The notes under the pieces are model-generated. The model saw only the letters and a program-made list of their open reading frames with translations. It ran no database searches and had not been told where the DNA came from. A DNA stretch of 59,249 nt, the filler included, from Sphacelaria rigidula (Eukaryota), in the NCBI GenBank assembly GCA_964200075.2. It is 6 parts of 6 records of this genome, joined end to end, with 100 filler letters (N's around TTAATTAATTAA, not from the genome) between each part and the next. Parts side by side here need not be neighbours in the genome. Positions count along the whole stretch, not along the records: positions 29,678 to 39,468 come from CAXNAA020007754.1; positions 39,569 to 49,359 come from CAXNAA020007755.1; positions 49,460 to 59,249 come from CAXNAA020007756.1; 3 more parts are not named here. One strand, written 5' to 3'. Each line of letters begins with the position of its first letter. The stretch's first letter is position 1. Made by a program: the position numbers and the translations under genes. Of this stretch, positions 38,197 to 50,784 are shown piece after piece.

Positions 38197-38381
38197 AAAC
38201 AAATGAAAAATAAAGAAGCTCCTGTGCTGGCCCTCCTCCTGTGTCACCGCTGATGCGCCCACATATACCGAAAGGTGTAGACTGGCGTCCAAAATAGATG
38301 GGACGACATCACACCAACACACCCTAGTCGAGAGCTGTTACAGGTGCAGTTCTAACTGCTGGGAGTTCCAAAACTCCCGTA

Positions 38382-38785
38382 CAACACTGGATTTTACAAA
38401 CTGGGGACATATCTTTTATTTGGAATGAAAACCCGGATAACTAAAATATTCGTAGCCACACCAAATTTTCGAAGTATGCTTCATTTGCTGGTTGCTTTTG
38501 ACAACTACTACACGCCAGTCAAATTTGGTTTCCGATAACCGAAGAACCAACTTGGGGAGATTTTTGGTGTCTGACCGGACGCCAAAATTGGTTTTTTACC
38601 CAGGACCCCGATATTTCGGCTATCGAAATCCAAATTTGTGTGGCGTCTAGTAGTTTTCAATAGCTAGCAGCAAGCGAAGAAATGGAAGCACACTCCGAAT
38701 ATTTGGTGTAGATACGAAGATTTTAATTCTCCGGGTGCTCATCCCCAATAAAAGGTTCATCCCCAATTTGTAAAATCCCGTGTTA
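38382..38785. mobile_element. Foldback MITE (family B), TA-flanked
   Basis: Termini CAACACTGGATTTTACAAACTGGGG / CCCCAATTTGTAAAATCCCGTGTTA, TA on both flanks, arms ~160 bp. Confidence 0.8.
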
Positions 38786-39220
38786 TATCTGTACAACCGA
38801 ATCTCGGACCGCAAGGGGACAGGGATCTTTCAACGAACTGCTGTCTGTCAGACCCTGGGAATCACTATCACTCTCGAGATTCCAACTACCCTCACCGTCG
38901 CCGAGTGATCCAACTGCCTAAACCCCTCGACTAGGGTCAATCCTTGACTACATAACACGAGGAAAATCATCGGCCACCTTCGACGGTAACTATACGGTTC
39001 TTAGCTTGTTCGCACACATTAAAATAGTTTAGATTGGGGGAGGGTGAAGGGGGGGGGGGGGGGTGGGGGGATGTTAGGAGGTTGAGCATGAGGTGGACAG
39101 GGCTGATTGACAGGGGGGGGGGCAAAGGCTGCTGNNNNNNNNNNAAAAAAACCAGAAAAAACCACCCCCCACCTTAAGAGGTTATTTTTGTGGTTGCTGT
39201 GTGGTCGGAAAAAAAGAAAA

Positions 39221-39259
<39 letters not shown>

Positions 39260-39468
39260 AGGGCGATGTTAGGAGGTTGAGCATGATGTCGACAATGCTG
39301 ATTGACAGGGGAGAGGGCAAATGCTGCTGCATCCATGGGATCTCAACTACCAAGGGTGGGAAGAATAATGGGCTGGGGCCATTGGAGATTTTCGTTATAC
39401 GCCAGTTAACAACAAATTGTGCGAATTGAGGTTTAATTCCGAGATGAGGTTCAAGCCTAAAACAGTGC

Positions 39469-39568
39469 NNNNNNNNNNNNNNNNNNNNNNNNNNNNNNNN
39501 NNNNNNNNNNNNTTAATTAATTAANNNNNNNNNNNNNNNNNNNNNNNNNNNNNNNNNNNNNNNNNNNN
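39469..39568. other. Artificial contig spacer
   Basis: N44-TTAATTAATTAA-N44. Confidence 0.97.
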
Positions 39569-40685
39569 TTTCGGTTCACCGATCCCCCCTTTATTGCCCC
39601 CCAGTTATCCCTTACTTAAACCCCCTCCCCCCCCCCCTCCCCTGCCCTTGTCCTTCTGTCCCTTCCCCTTTTTTCCTATCCATGCGTACTCTTCAACTTC
39701 GCATCCTATTTGTACTCCCTCTTCCTCCAATGACTCTTGGATTCCTACGATATCCAGGTCGTGTGCACTCACTCGTTTCGCTATCTCCCCTCGTTTGCCC
39801 TCGTCTGTGGCAAATCCACACACGTTCCACGATCCTATTCTCAACTTCCTCCCCGAATCATTATCTGCTCTCTTGTTGTCTCCTATCTCCTTCCCGTGTC
39901 TCTTACTTCTGTTTTTTCTTGCTTGATTGTTCTGCCCCTTGTCAGTTTGGGCTTCGTCCACTTGCTTCGGGGCGCTGTGTCCCCTCCCCTTTCCCTTCCG
40001 GTCATTTACCTGTTTCTGCCTCTCTTTCCCTCCGTTTGCCCGTGCACTACGCCTTAGGTTTATTATTCCGTTAGCAGTGCATACTCTTCATCCTACCCTT
40101 TTAACACATGCCGAAATCTTACTTGTTTATATCCTTTCCCACTCCTTGCTCGCCCCCTGGTTCAGCGCGACTCGGAAGTGTTCGCTCTCCCTTTCTATTT
40201 TTCCTGTTGCCAAACAGCATAACCCAACTTCATCGCATTTCATTTTGAACTCCATTCTCGTCATGTCGCTCCGTACTCCGAATGCCAGCACTACTAGTAC
40301 CTGACCCGACCACTCTTTACTCCTCCATCCGCCCTTCCTTACCGTCTCTCTCGATCTTCTTCGAGAGAATCTCCAGCTTGTTAATTTCATTTGTCTTGGT
40401 GGGATATCTTCAACGTACTGGGACATCCCAATCCTAGTACTCGTTGGGGGTCTGGCTCCTTTCAGTGCTATTGCTGGCTCACCGACACTGAATAAGGCCT
40501 CCAACACGGGCCCATAGCCTGAAGCCAAGTTCAACACCTTTGATACAAGTACCCCACGTTCGTGCCAGACGATCTTCATGGTAAACCATCCAGGCACCCC
40601 ACCATCGATTCTTCTATCGTTTTGCCCTGCTGCTGTACTGGTTACTTTCCCCCCAGGGAGGTCATTTTCATTGTATAGGGGGGGA
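39569..40685 (-). mobile_element. 5' part of a degenerate LINE: N-terminal region plus start of the APE endonuclease
   Basis: LRIGSWNVCGF...DLDIVGIQES...YAWIG...GRGGGG matches the APE N-terminal motifs. The upstream ORF (40127-40685) is in the same frame, separated by two stops. Confidence 0.8.
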
Positions 40686-41092
40686 GAACACCGGATCTTA
40701 CAAATTGAGGATGAAGTTGTATTGGGGATGAGAGATCCGGAGAGTTCAAATCTTCGTATCCACGCCAAATCTTCGAAATATGGTTCCCTTTCTTCACCTA
40801 CTGATAGTTATTGACAACTGCTACACGGCATAGGAGTTTGGATCTCGATAATGCAAATGATGGGGTTCTAAAAGAAAATACAATTTTGGGGGATTTTGGG
40901 TGTCCGAGCGGACGCCAAAATGGTTCCGAGATTGGTTTCTCATCTACGACCCCAATATTTGGGTTATCGAGATCCAAATTTCTACGCCGTGTAGCAGTTG
41001 TCAGTAGCTATCAACAGGTGAGGAAATGCAACCATATTTCGACGATTTGGTGTGGATACACGTTTTTTCATTCTCCGGGTTTCTTAGCCCCG
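40686..41092. mobile_element. Foldback MITE (family B) with truncated right arm
   Basis: Left end AACACCGGATCTTACAAATTGAGG matches the 38382 copy. The right arm stops ~40 bp early, at TGTAACGG. Confidence 0.75.
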
Positions 41093-44000
41093 TGTAACGG
41101 TATACACTAGCAAAGCAAGTCGCACCCCCCAGGAGAAGAGTGTGACAAGCCAGTCCTGCGTTCGGCTCGAAATATCAAAGTGAGGGTTCTTTCTCTTTCA
41201 ATCAATCAGCTGTATGGGAAGAATTACAGAGTCCAAAGCCTGAATACAAAAGGGGATCGTAAATAAGGGTGATAGTACAGCACAGCTAAAGACTCACGTC
41301 AAGGCTGTAGGCCCGCGACACTGAAGACAGGAGAGACCGATGGTGGTAGGTGATGGGTAAAATAACTCTTCTTATATAGCCCTGCAGACTGGTCAGTGGG
41401 TGAGTGAGGGAGGTGGGTAGAACAGCTGGGGGTAGCTATTTTGTCAGTACGTCCTTCTGTCCCGCTTACAACCTTGTCATAATACAAAATCACCGTGACG
41501 CGCCGTGCCTTTAGCCAATCAGAGCTGTAATAGCAGCAGGTACACGCGGCTAAACGGGTACAATCTTGTATTAAGCTTCAAGCAGCTGCGTCAGCAATAT
41601 AAACAATCCGAATTCTATCGTACACAAGCACACATCCGACTAGAATCTTTTCATACCCGCCGATCGTTTATGGGGACCATTGGCAATCTCAAAGAGCTAG
41701 TTCAATTCACGCACTCGGTCATTTACCACCACATTAGCCCATCCTGGATCGTTCGAGTGCAGTTCCTTTTCACAAGGGACGAACTTGCATCGAGCCACAC
41801 CACTCCCACACCACAGAAAACTGAGGCTCATTTCAAAGATCGAGTATTCTTCGGTGCGGGGAACGGGAAGGGAAAACCAACACAATGCACAAGAGAAACT
41901 AAAAACCAAATAACAAAGCAAAAGAAACAAAACGAACAGATACAATTATTCAGTGTCCTCATGTTCCGTGATCATTTCAGCCGGAGTCATGGGAAATCTG
42001 AAGAATCAATAAATAAAAAATCAACAATCAAAACCCTATACAAAAACAAATGTCGTGTCCCCAGAATGCCGTGAGCATTTCCGGGATAGCCACAAAAAAT
42101 CAGAGACCCATCATCGAAACGGTCATCCTACTCTGCCGTAACTATATCCTGAATATAATAGTTCATTCTCTTCTGAATGTCCGATTGTTTCAGGCACTGA
42201 TAGAAAAACAAGCAAGCCCGCCCAAGGGATTATGTCACTCCGATAACCAAGTTCATACTAATCACTCGTCCCTGTCAATCAGCAAAAGCCAACAACGTAT
42301 AGCCAACTTCGTCGCGAAAAAGGTAGTTTCCCGCGAAAATTATACGTTGAAATAAACAAAATAGCACGATACGGACTCATCAACCCGTTCGACGTGTGTT
42401 AATTGTCGGTACATGTTTGTGAGAGCAACGACTTGCTTGGGACGTCTGGGTGATGATCCAGTAGTACAGCATTTTGTTCGTTTGTTTTCTCACACGACGA
42501 GACACAAAAACAACCGACCGGTTTGTGAGGTCAGGTGTCCTTACACGTATAAACAAACGTAGTGGAGTCAATACGCAACCTTCGGGCCTGCTACGTAGTT
42601 CCGAGGCGGATCGCCCAACACATTTCTGAACCACGACAAATACACAGGACAGAGAGGACCAACGCCGCCCACTCCTCACAGTATTTGCCCGTTCGGACTA
42701 AAACGAGACTGGCCCGAACACAAACTGGAGTAAAAACCACAGCCGGTCGTACCGTTACGTCACTTCGTCCAATAATCCCTGATAAAAACAAAGCACTATA
42801 GACCGATTTCAGGGGTGGGTAATTGTACGCAAAAAACTGGTAAAAGTGACAGAAAAAATAAAGCGAGTGGCGGACTCTGAGCCTGTAGGCTGTATCAATG
42901 GTCGAATATCGACATGGCGGAACGTACAGTTCCGGAAGAGCAATTTACCTTATCATGATATGTAATGGTCCTGTATGAGGAGACGTTTGCCACCGATTAT
43001 ACCGCGACCTCAACACCGCTATGTACGACGCGGCCAGTGGTGATCTCGTTGTAACTTACCAATCACCAAAGTATAAATCATCGCGTCGCATTGCCCGTTA
43101 CCCTCCTATAAACGAGGTCGGTCACATGCGACAGGACCCGCAAAAATAAAAGATAGGCCAAGTGTTCTAGACTCAAGGGTCAGGAACGTTGGAACACTCT
43201 GGCGAAATTCCCGACATAGACGCAGAAACTAAAACCAAATAAATACAAAACCAGGGGCACGCTGGGCAACAGCGAAAACGAAATATCCGCACTATAGAGC
43301 AGAAAAATCAACACGTGGCAACCGTCCTTGTAAACGGGAGCGGTTATCGTGTGTACGAAGCAAGTAGGGTCAAAAGTTTCAGCCAAGAAGGCCAAGACAT
43401 TTCAGGCCCTCGACTTCGGTTACTATTGCCCGTGTTGATATAAAACTCAACGCGGTACGCACACAAAAAGGGGACACGTCACGACCGATCCCGAAGAGGC
43501 AGGCGGCATTCGTGTACGGAGCGATTGAGCAAGAGCGCAAATTTTCCAGACGTGGGCATCAGGTATGGCTAGCGCTCGCTCCGGAAACTACTCATCAAAA
43601 ACAAACAAATCAAAAATAAAGACCATATAATAAACAATCAAAACCAAACGGTGCGTACAAAACAAATGAAGAAATAAATGAATATGGCAACTGTTCCAGT
43701 ATACGGAATGGTCGTGAATGTGCGGCGTGGAGGACGGAGGTTCAAAGTTCCAGACTCGGGGATCAGGAACGGAACGGTCGCCACTTGTACGTTGCCAGAT
43801 GAACCCAGAAATAACCAATAAAATTACTCATTGAACACACAAAAAAAAATCGAACACAAAGCACGAGGCGAAAAAAGAAGAAAAAAAAGAGAAGAAAAAC
43901 AAAAGAAAAAACAAAGACAAGAACAAATCAAAACAAAATGACGCAAAGGCATCGAAACCAAAACAAAAATCAGGGTCCAAAGCAACAAAAAACAAAGCAC

Positions 44001-44190
44001 AGCACAAGAAAAAATACGAAATGCATAACACAACATCAACCACTACCAAGTACGGGGCTAATCAGTACAAAAACCAAAATGAAGGGGGGGGGGGAACACA
44101 TGGCTTTCCAACGACGCTATGGTGCAAGACACGCGACTCAAACGTGGTACACTACGCAAGGTGAATGGGAAAGCAGACTCGGATGCGGCA

Positions 44191-44786
44191 TCATGAGTCA
44201 TCTCCATCCCAAGCGGTATCCGTGTTCCGTAGAACGGCTGTGTCGAGATCGCCTTGATCGTGTCGTTGGCGGCACCAGGATCCCCTTCGAGCGATTGGCA
44301 CCTCGGTGAAGTACGCATCATCCAAGCGGATCTTAAGGGGGCTCGGGTCATCAAGGAAACGAATAAAGTAGGAGTGGTCAGATGCAGGATCGACCAAAGG
44401 AAATTTACCGAACCGCCACAGTGAATCCAAGGCCTTATACCAAAAGTGAGCCCCCGTCGGTAAGCGTTTTCCCTGAAAAGATTGCATGTATTGTGAACTC
44501 GAAAGAAGGCTATGGCCTGTCACAACAAACCGCGCTGAGTGTTCACGTGCCAGTTCCCGAGCGGCAGCTCCCTTGCGCATCGACCGATATCTCTTATTAA
44601 ACGGGCGGTGTTGGACGGTATCTCGTACCCAGTACAGCAATATCTCCCGACAAAATGACGCAGATCAACTTCACGCTCCCATGTAACGCGCATTATACCC
44701 TTGCAATGTGTTTGATACATTACCGCTATCTTACCACCACGACCGCTAACCAGTTGGTGGCCCGAAATCCTATCTACCTCAACGCG
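44191..44786 (-). pseudogene. Integrase C-terminal extension: chromodomain-like segment (~44652-44786) plus Tudor-like segment (~44308-44463)
   Basis: Chromo pattern: VEVDRISGHQLVSGRGGKIAVMYQTHCKGIMRVTWEREVDL. After a frameshift: LPTGAHFWYKALDSLWRFGKFPLVDPASDHSYFIRFLDD. Confidence 0.6.
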
Positions 44787-44904
44787 TTACAGGGGTGCGT
44801 CCGTATCCTCGACCGTCATATGATACGGCGGAGGTTTGATCGCATACTTGGTCAACACATACTGGCTAAGCCCTACCGGCAGTTGTTTGGGCATGTGAGA
44901 GGAG

Positions 44905-46386
44905 TCATGAGGGGGGATACACGGTTTGCATCGGAGCATCGAGACGCGATGTACCAGGTTCATCCGTGCGAAAATCCAAATACAAGAGTTTCGCTCCCAT
45001 TCGACTCTTGTCGGGTGCGGTAGCGCTTGGACCAAGAGCTAAATTTCCCCAAGGACCAGTCCAATTCAAGGATAGTTTTGCTTTCAACCATTTTTTCAAA
45101 GATGATGACTTCGAGCTAGCCCCTTGATTGATGGTGTTCACATCGTTATACACCCATGCCCATTGGCCTACCTTCCACACCGGGCGGTTATGTACCACAT
45201 CATCCAACATTGAGTTCACCTTGGCCACCTTGGCCAAATTGATTTGGTTCTGTTCTCGTACCACTTCATATGCAAGACGAACACGATTGCTAACCGACAA
45301 ATGATACTCTACAATATCACGATCTAGACTCTGATGTCCGCCTATATTTTTGCGTTCGAATACCGTTAAAGGTAACCTAGGCATGCGTCCAATATGAATT
45401 TCATTCGGCAACAATCCCGCAGCAGCATTAACTGAATTGTTGTAGTTCATTTGGACAAGGGGCAGGTGCAGGTCCCAGTCCATCTGTCTCTCATATGCTG
45501 CAGCAGCAAGCATCTGTGCCATCGTATGGTTCACTCGTTCCGTTCCACCATTGGTGGAAGGGTGATATGAACTAGTAAAGATGCGATGGGCACCCAAAAC
45601 GTCACTGACGGCGGCTGAAAGTTTGCCTGAAAAATGCGGGCCGTTGTCAGACAGTAAGCGTTTGGGCACACCCCACTGTGGGATGTACATGTCTACAAGA
45701 ATGTTGGCGGTACCTTCCGCGGTATAGCTACTGGCGGGGACAGCGTGCATCACCGCATGTCGACTAAATCTATCCGTAAACAACAGAATATACTTATTCC
45801 CACTACCCGTCAGGGGCAAAGGACCAAAATAGTCCCACGAAACTACTTCACCAGGCCCGTTTGGGAGTGGCATGGAAACAATCGGGCAACGAACTGTTTA
45901 ACGAGACGTTTTTCGCGCCTGACACAAAAGACAACACCTCACCCACCAACGACAACATTGATCCATACAAATCCACCGATAAAAACGTTCCAACATCTGG
46001 GAGGTCCTAATGGCGCCTAAATGAATTGATGCATGTGTTTGGCATTCGTGTAGAACCCATGGGCGCAGGAGCATCGGGACATAGATGCGGATGGGTTCAT
46101 CACCTAGCAAGCAGGCATGTCGACTTGTGGGCTTCCCCCTGGGGACGGCTGCTGTGGGCCGGCGAACTATCAGAACTATACCATCGTCATCCGTATGTAG
46201 CATACCTTTCCTTGAAAGTTCAGTAACTTCATCCTGTGTGGGCGCTTTGACATTCCCGACTGGCAAAAGGAATTCGGTTTCTGAGAATTGACATGGGCAA
46301 CTTTTAGATAGATAATGGATAGCTGACTTACAAGCAGGTTTTGCCTGTTGTTCCCGGGCCAAATCGGCGTGGGAGGAGAGAGTCAA
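44905..46386 (-). pseudogene. Gypsy integrase (zinc-binding region and DDE core)
   Basis: IYVP...HLG...RFYRW...CLLCQARK, one internal stop at 45898-45900, then VSWDYFGPLP, DRFSR, LLSDNGPHF, YHPSTNGGTERVN and WTGPW. Confidence 0.93.
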
Positions 46387-47159
46387 ACGTTGCTTGAATA
46401 CATCATCTGTTGGAGCGTCTACTTCGTTTTGGGTCGGTTCGGTGCGCGGTTGGCACGAAGCGGTGATTTTGGAATCAAGGGTGAGCCTACCAGTTGGTGT
46501 ACTCTCAGACGGAAAGTTAACGTATACTCCTGCGTCACGTCCACTCCTGCGTCGATTAGCGTGGAGGGTGTTGTGGTGGTGTTTGCAATATCATCAACGA
46601 GGGAGGGGGACACAGCCGTGGTTTCGGCTGTGGTTGGCAGGGGCGGCACGGTCGGGGTCGATTTTCTGGGGGCCTTGCGTCGCGGAGGCTGCGGGGGCGC
46701 AAGGAAACTATCGGGGATCGGGGTGGGGGCAGAGAGGGGAAGGTCAGGACCTGATACGGCTAATTTGGTGGCCGTGTCGGCGATTCGCCGTCCACGAGCC
46801 CTACTCGAAATCAAATCTCGAACTTGTACTGGTAAGACGGAGTCAGCAAAGGATGGTTCTACACCTGCTGCGAAAACCATGCGCTGGCCAGTTGCACGAA
46901 AAGGATCATAGCCAACAGTAGTAGTCGTATACAGTCCGTTCCAAACTGAGTACAACGATTGAGGTTGCAAGCTGCCTAGAACTGATGCGTGGGCTGTGGT
47001 CGTCAGTCCACCCATGCCTAAAGCCGGCGTTAGTCTAAGTGAAAGTGGTGTGTAGAGACCTCTATGTCCATTCCTGCTTGTGAAATATACAATGTCTTCG
47101 GTAGGATCGGTGATACGTCCCATGGGGGATTCATCGATAGGTTGAGCTGGTGTAGGCAA

Positions 47160-48514
47160 GCGTGACAGAAAGTCGGCGCTTGCATTCTGGGGACCTGTGC
47201 GGTACTTCAGTTGAAATGTTTAGGACGACAGAATTGCGAACCAGCGTTGAACCCTAGCGTTGTGTTTCGCCATTTTGGCGAAGCTTTCCAAAGGCTTATG
47301 ATCGGTATAAATAAAAAACGGGATGTCATACAATACTGACGCAGACGTCGCACGCCCCAAACAACTGCGCCGGCCTCTTGTTCAATGACAGACCAATTCT
47401 CTTCATTCGGAAAAGTGGTGCGACTCAGATAGACAATGGGGCGAACGGTAGCATCGACTTGCTCCTGTTCTAATGTGCAGCCAAACCCAATTTTGAAAGA
47501 ATCTGTGTGGAGCCGGAAAGGGCGGGAACCCTGCTCCGTGGCCGACCAGTCGGGGCAGACGAGAATCGGCGGGCGTGGAAGAGTGTCAAGAAGACGGCGG
47601 ACGGTTTTTTCTATTTCCAGTGTGAACACAATTTTCACCCCTTTTTTGAGAAGGGTGGTGAGGGGTTTGAGCGTTTTGGCAAGGTTTGGCAAGTGCTGTC
47701 TGAAGTAGCTTAGACCTCCCAACAAGGAACGCACTTGAGAAATGTCCCGTGGCATGGGCATATCGGAGAGTGCGGCGACCTCGTCGAGGTTCGGGCTACG
47801 ACCTTCGGGGGTGATGCAATGACCCAAGAACTCAATCTTCGTGGCGTCAATGCGGGATTTGGCGGGGGCGAGTTTCAAGTTGCGTTGTTCAAACCGATTA
47901 AAGAATGATGCCAACTGTTCGACGTGTTCAGCCGGTGTGGAGTCGTGGCACACCGCATCATCAATGTACATATGGCATTTGGGCAATCCATCAGTTACAC
48001 GGAATATTACACGTTGAAACGCACCTGGGGCTCCGGCGGCACCTTGTGGTGTAACCAGCCACTCGTATAAACCTGATGGCATGCAAAACGCTGTCAGTTC
48101 AATGGAATTTGGATCCATCACGAGCTGGTGGTAGCTGGACTGCATGTCAAAATTCGAAAATACTTTACCCCCGCCAAGAGAGTCAATGATTTCATCAATC
48201 CGTGGAAGTGGCAGCCGAGCGATTTTGGTGACAGCGTTCAATCGTTGATAATAAACCGTCAGTCCGATTTTGCTATTCTTCTTTCGGACGACTACTAAAG
48301 GCGAGGCCCATGGAGACGTCGAATGCCGAATGATACCGGCGGATAAGTAGCCATCGAGGATTACCCGGATCTTATCCGCTAAGAGGGGGTTCGTACGGTA
48401 CGGACGCATAGCGATAGGCGGAGTGCCATCAGAAATCTTGATCTTAAACGATATCGTAGTACATCGACCTAAATCCAAGGGTGCAGTAGAAAACCGTTCA
48501 GAGTATCTATCCAA
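47160..48514 (-). pseudogene. Gypsy reverse transcriptase and RNase H
   Basis: SPWASPLVVVRKK, LPRIDE, FSNFDMQSSYHQ, YIDD, FLGH, HTDS, EAGAVVWG; after a frameshift near 47330, TDHKPL and ADFLSR. Confidence 0.95.
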
Positions 48515-49073
48515 TCAAGATGGATCTCAATATATCGATCACAGTGGGTGTCCAACCATCGCCAGGTAGATGAAAAACAATATGCCGTAAGTGAGGGGGA
48601 ATGTCATCCCACAACTTTTGAAAACTGGCGCGTTGTTCTCGGGAAAATCCATCCAGTAATGCAGTTGGGGGTTGAGGGTCAGGCGCATCTGGTGGATTTG
48701 TCACCACCATGGGGTCTGGCATGTGCAGCGGAGGGGGGGGCGTGGATTTCGGGGGGTCGGTCGGCGAGATGTTGTCCGCAGGGGGGCACACATCTGACAG
48801 GGTGGTTCGTATGAGAGGTGCTTGAGCATCACCCAACAACTGGCCGTTGAGTATATCGAAACATGCAGGGAACGTGAGGTAAATGCCCTGCCTACCTTCG
48901 TGAACAAATACTTCGGTCTGTTCAAACGGACCAACCTGTGCTTGGTCAGATTTGAGCGATTCGACCTAATAATGTCCTGTGAGGGCGGGCGATCCATTGC
49001 GTCTCACGAGGTTCACTTGGATAAGTCGGGAATCACGAGAAAGCGAGAATACAGGTTCACCAACATGGTACAG

Positions 49074-49330
49074 GAGTCATCCTACGATAGGGGGGGGGCT
49101 GTTTTGTGCCACGTCTTGCACGGAATTCCAAGGCAAATCTCCGCTGAAATCAGCAACGGTTGCTCGAACGAGCTTGTTATAGATACATAACGCTCATCCA
49201 TACCGATTGACACCGCTTTAAACCAAATACAAGTGCATCGCGAGTGTTCCAGGTCATTTGACACACTTATCAGCCTTTTTTTCGTGCAATCAAATGCCAC
49301 ACCCACCCCCCCCCCCCCCCCCCAACCCAC
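49074..49330. mobile_element. MITE family A abutting the gypsy pol remnant
   Basis: Starts GAGTCATCCTACGATAGGGGGGG, is homologous to 1-174, and ends in a poly-C run just before the contig end. Confidence 0.75.
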
Positions 49331-49359
49331 AAAAAAAAAACAAAAAAAAACACTTACGG

Positions 49360-49459
49360 NNNNNNNNNNNNNNNNNNNNNNNNNNNNNNNNNNNNNNNNN
49401 NNNTTAATTAATTAANNNNNNNNNNNNNNNNNNNNNNNNNNNNNNNNNNNNNNNNNNNN
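49360..49459. other. Artificial contig spacer
   Basis: N44-TTAATTAATTAA-N44. Confidence 0.97.
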
Positions 49460-49520
49460 CTTATGGCATGTATGATCATGGGTACACCCCCCCCCCCCCC
49501 CCCCCCCAATCGTAGGTGTA

Positions 49521-49941
49521 GACATTCCAAGGAGAAAAAATCACCTGCACTCAATATTGCGTGACTTACGGGCTGACCGGTCATCGGGGGTCCTGCCACG
49601 TTTCAGCCCGGTTCTTACTTTTCTGTATTTTCGATTGATCGAGCCCGTCCCCATTATATTTTTCAAGAAATGTACAGTTTCATTTGTTTGAAATCCTGCC
49701 TACTCATTGTACTAGAGCCAAAAAACTGTGTTTCACGGTCAACAACACCATCCTGATGAACGGGGTATTTACTCGTTTCGCCCGATAACACCAACTAACA
49801 CTGACTTGGGCACTGTGCTCCGAAGATGATATGTTGATTAGTGCCAACATCTGCCGACGCTAGCAATTACGAGATCTATCGAAGAGTAGTACGTGGGGGA
49901 AACCCCGAAACACCCTTAAATAGTTGGACCGCCCACTACTG
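49521..49941. mobile_element. MITE family C, second (left-truncated) copy
   Basis: Aligns with ~10905-11333 and ends GACCGCCCACTACTG followed by TA. Confidence 0.8.
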
Positions 49942-50784
49942 TAATTCACCTGCGCTCCAATGATTTGGAGGCGTTCTCCCGTGCTCATCAGGTTTAAACC
50001 GGCTTTCCGGTGAATCGGTTGAACCGACTAAAAAAAGACGGCTTAATCGTTTCTTTTATTCTGAGAATAACGCCTGCTATCCGGTGACCGTTGTTTTGGT
50101 TGTCGGTGCCCACCTCTGGCCGAGTGGAAGCATCGAAGAGCAAGAACCGGAGGCTATGTACTGGGACTCTCGCAGACCGGTGAGTCCTCATCTCGGTCAA
50201 AATTAGTCGTGGATTACGTTTGCTTTTTCGAAACTTGTGTCTGTTACTCATCTCTTTTGATTCTCAAAGTTTGGGATCAAACAGAAGCCATGATCAATCG
50301 TGGTCATCGTAAATCCTCAAAAACCACTTTCAATAAAAATGCCAAGTTTAACCTCTGACTACATTACGTTATTGAGTCAATGTTCTATTTGGCTCCAACA
50401 CCACCACGTGCAAGATTCATGAACACTGCGTCACATACAGTGATCTCGACCGACATGTACACGTCAATACGTCAACTATCACAACATGGCGTACCTGCGT
50501 TCTACTGCCTCAATTACACCCACCGATACGCTCGATGTGACACATGATGTACACGAGCGGTTCAATCTACTTGTACAGTATCCTCCTCACTGGCGTGCTT
50601 TCTCCCCCACCCGTCTCTGCCCAGCTCGACAGTAACACAGCACAAGACAAGCTGCAGCCAACACAACAAATACCCCAAACGAGCCACCGTCGGTAGCCTT
50701 TGGCGTAGTTACACCATGCTTCTCGTCCCCATCTGGCACAGCTGCATCTGCTTGCTCCGTTTCATGCTGTGTGTTCTGTCGTGG

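Larger units (their letters stand above)
41093..49073 (-). mobile_element. Degenerate Ty3/gypsy (chromodomain-bearing) LTR retrotransposon, 3' part
   Basis: RT-RNaseH-integrase order on the minus strand. A putative LTR terminus TGTAACGG at 41093 interrupts a MITE. Several stops and frameshifts. Linking 41093 to this pol is inferred. Confidence 0.85.

Noticed and set aside
39050-39330. Direct repeat with long G-runs as a G-quadruplex locus
   Set aside because: The two copies flank a 10-N gap and the first looks like a low-quality read of the second, so it is likely an assembly artefact.
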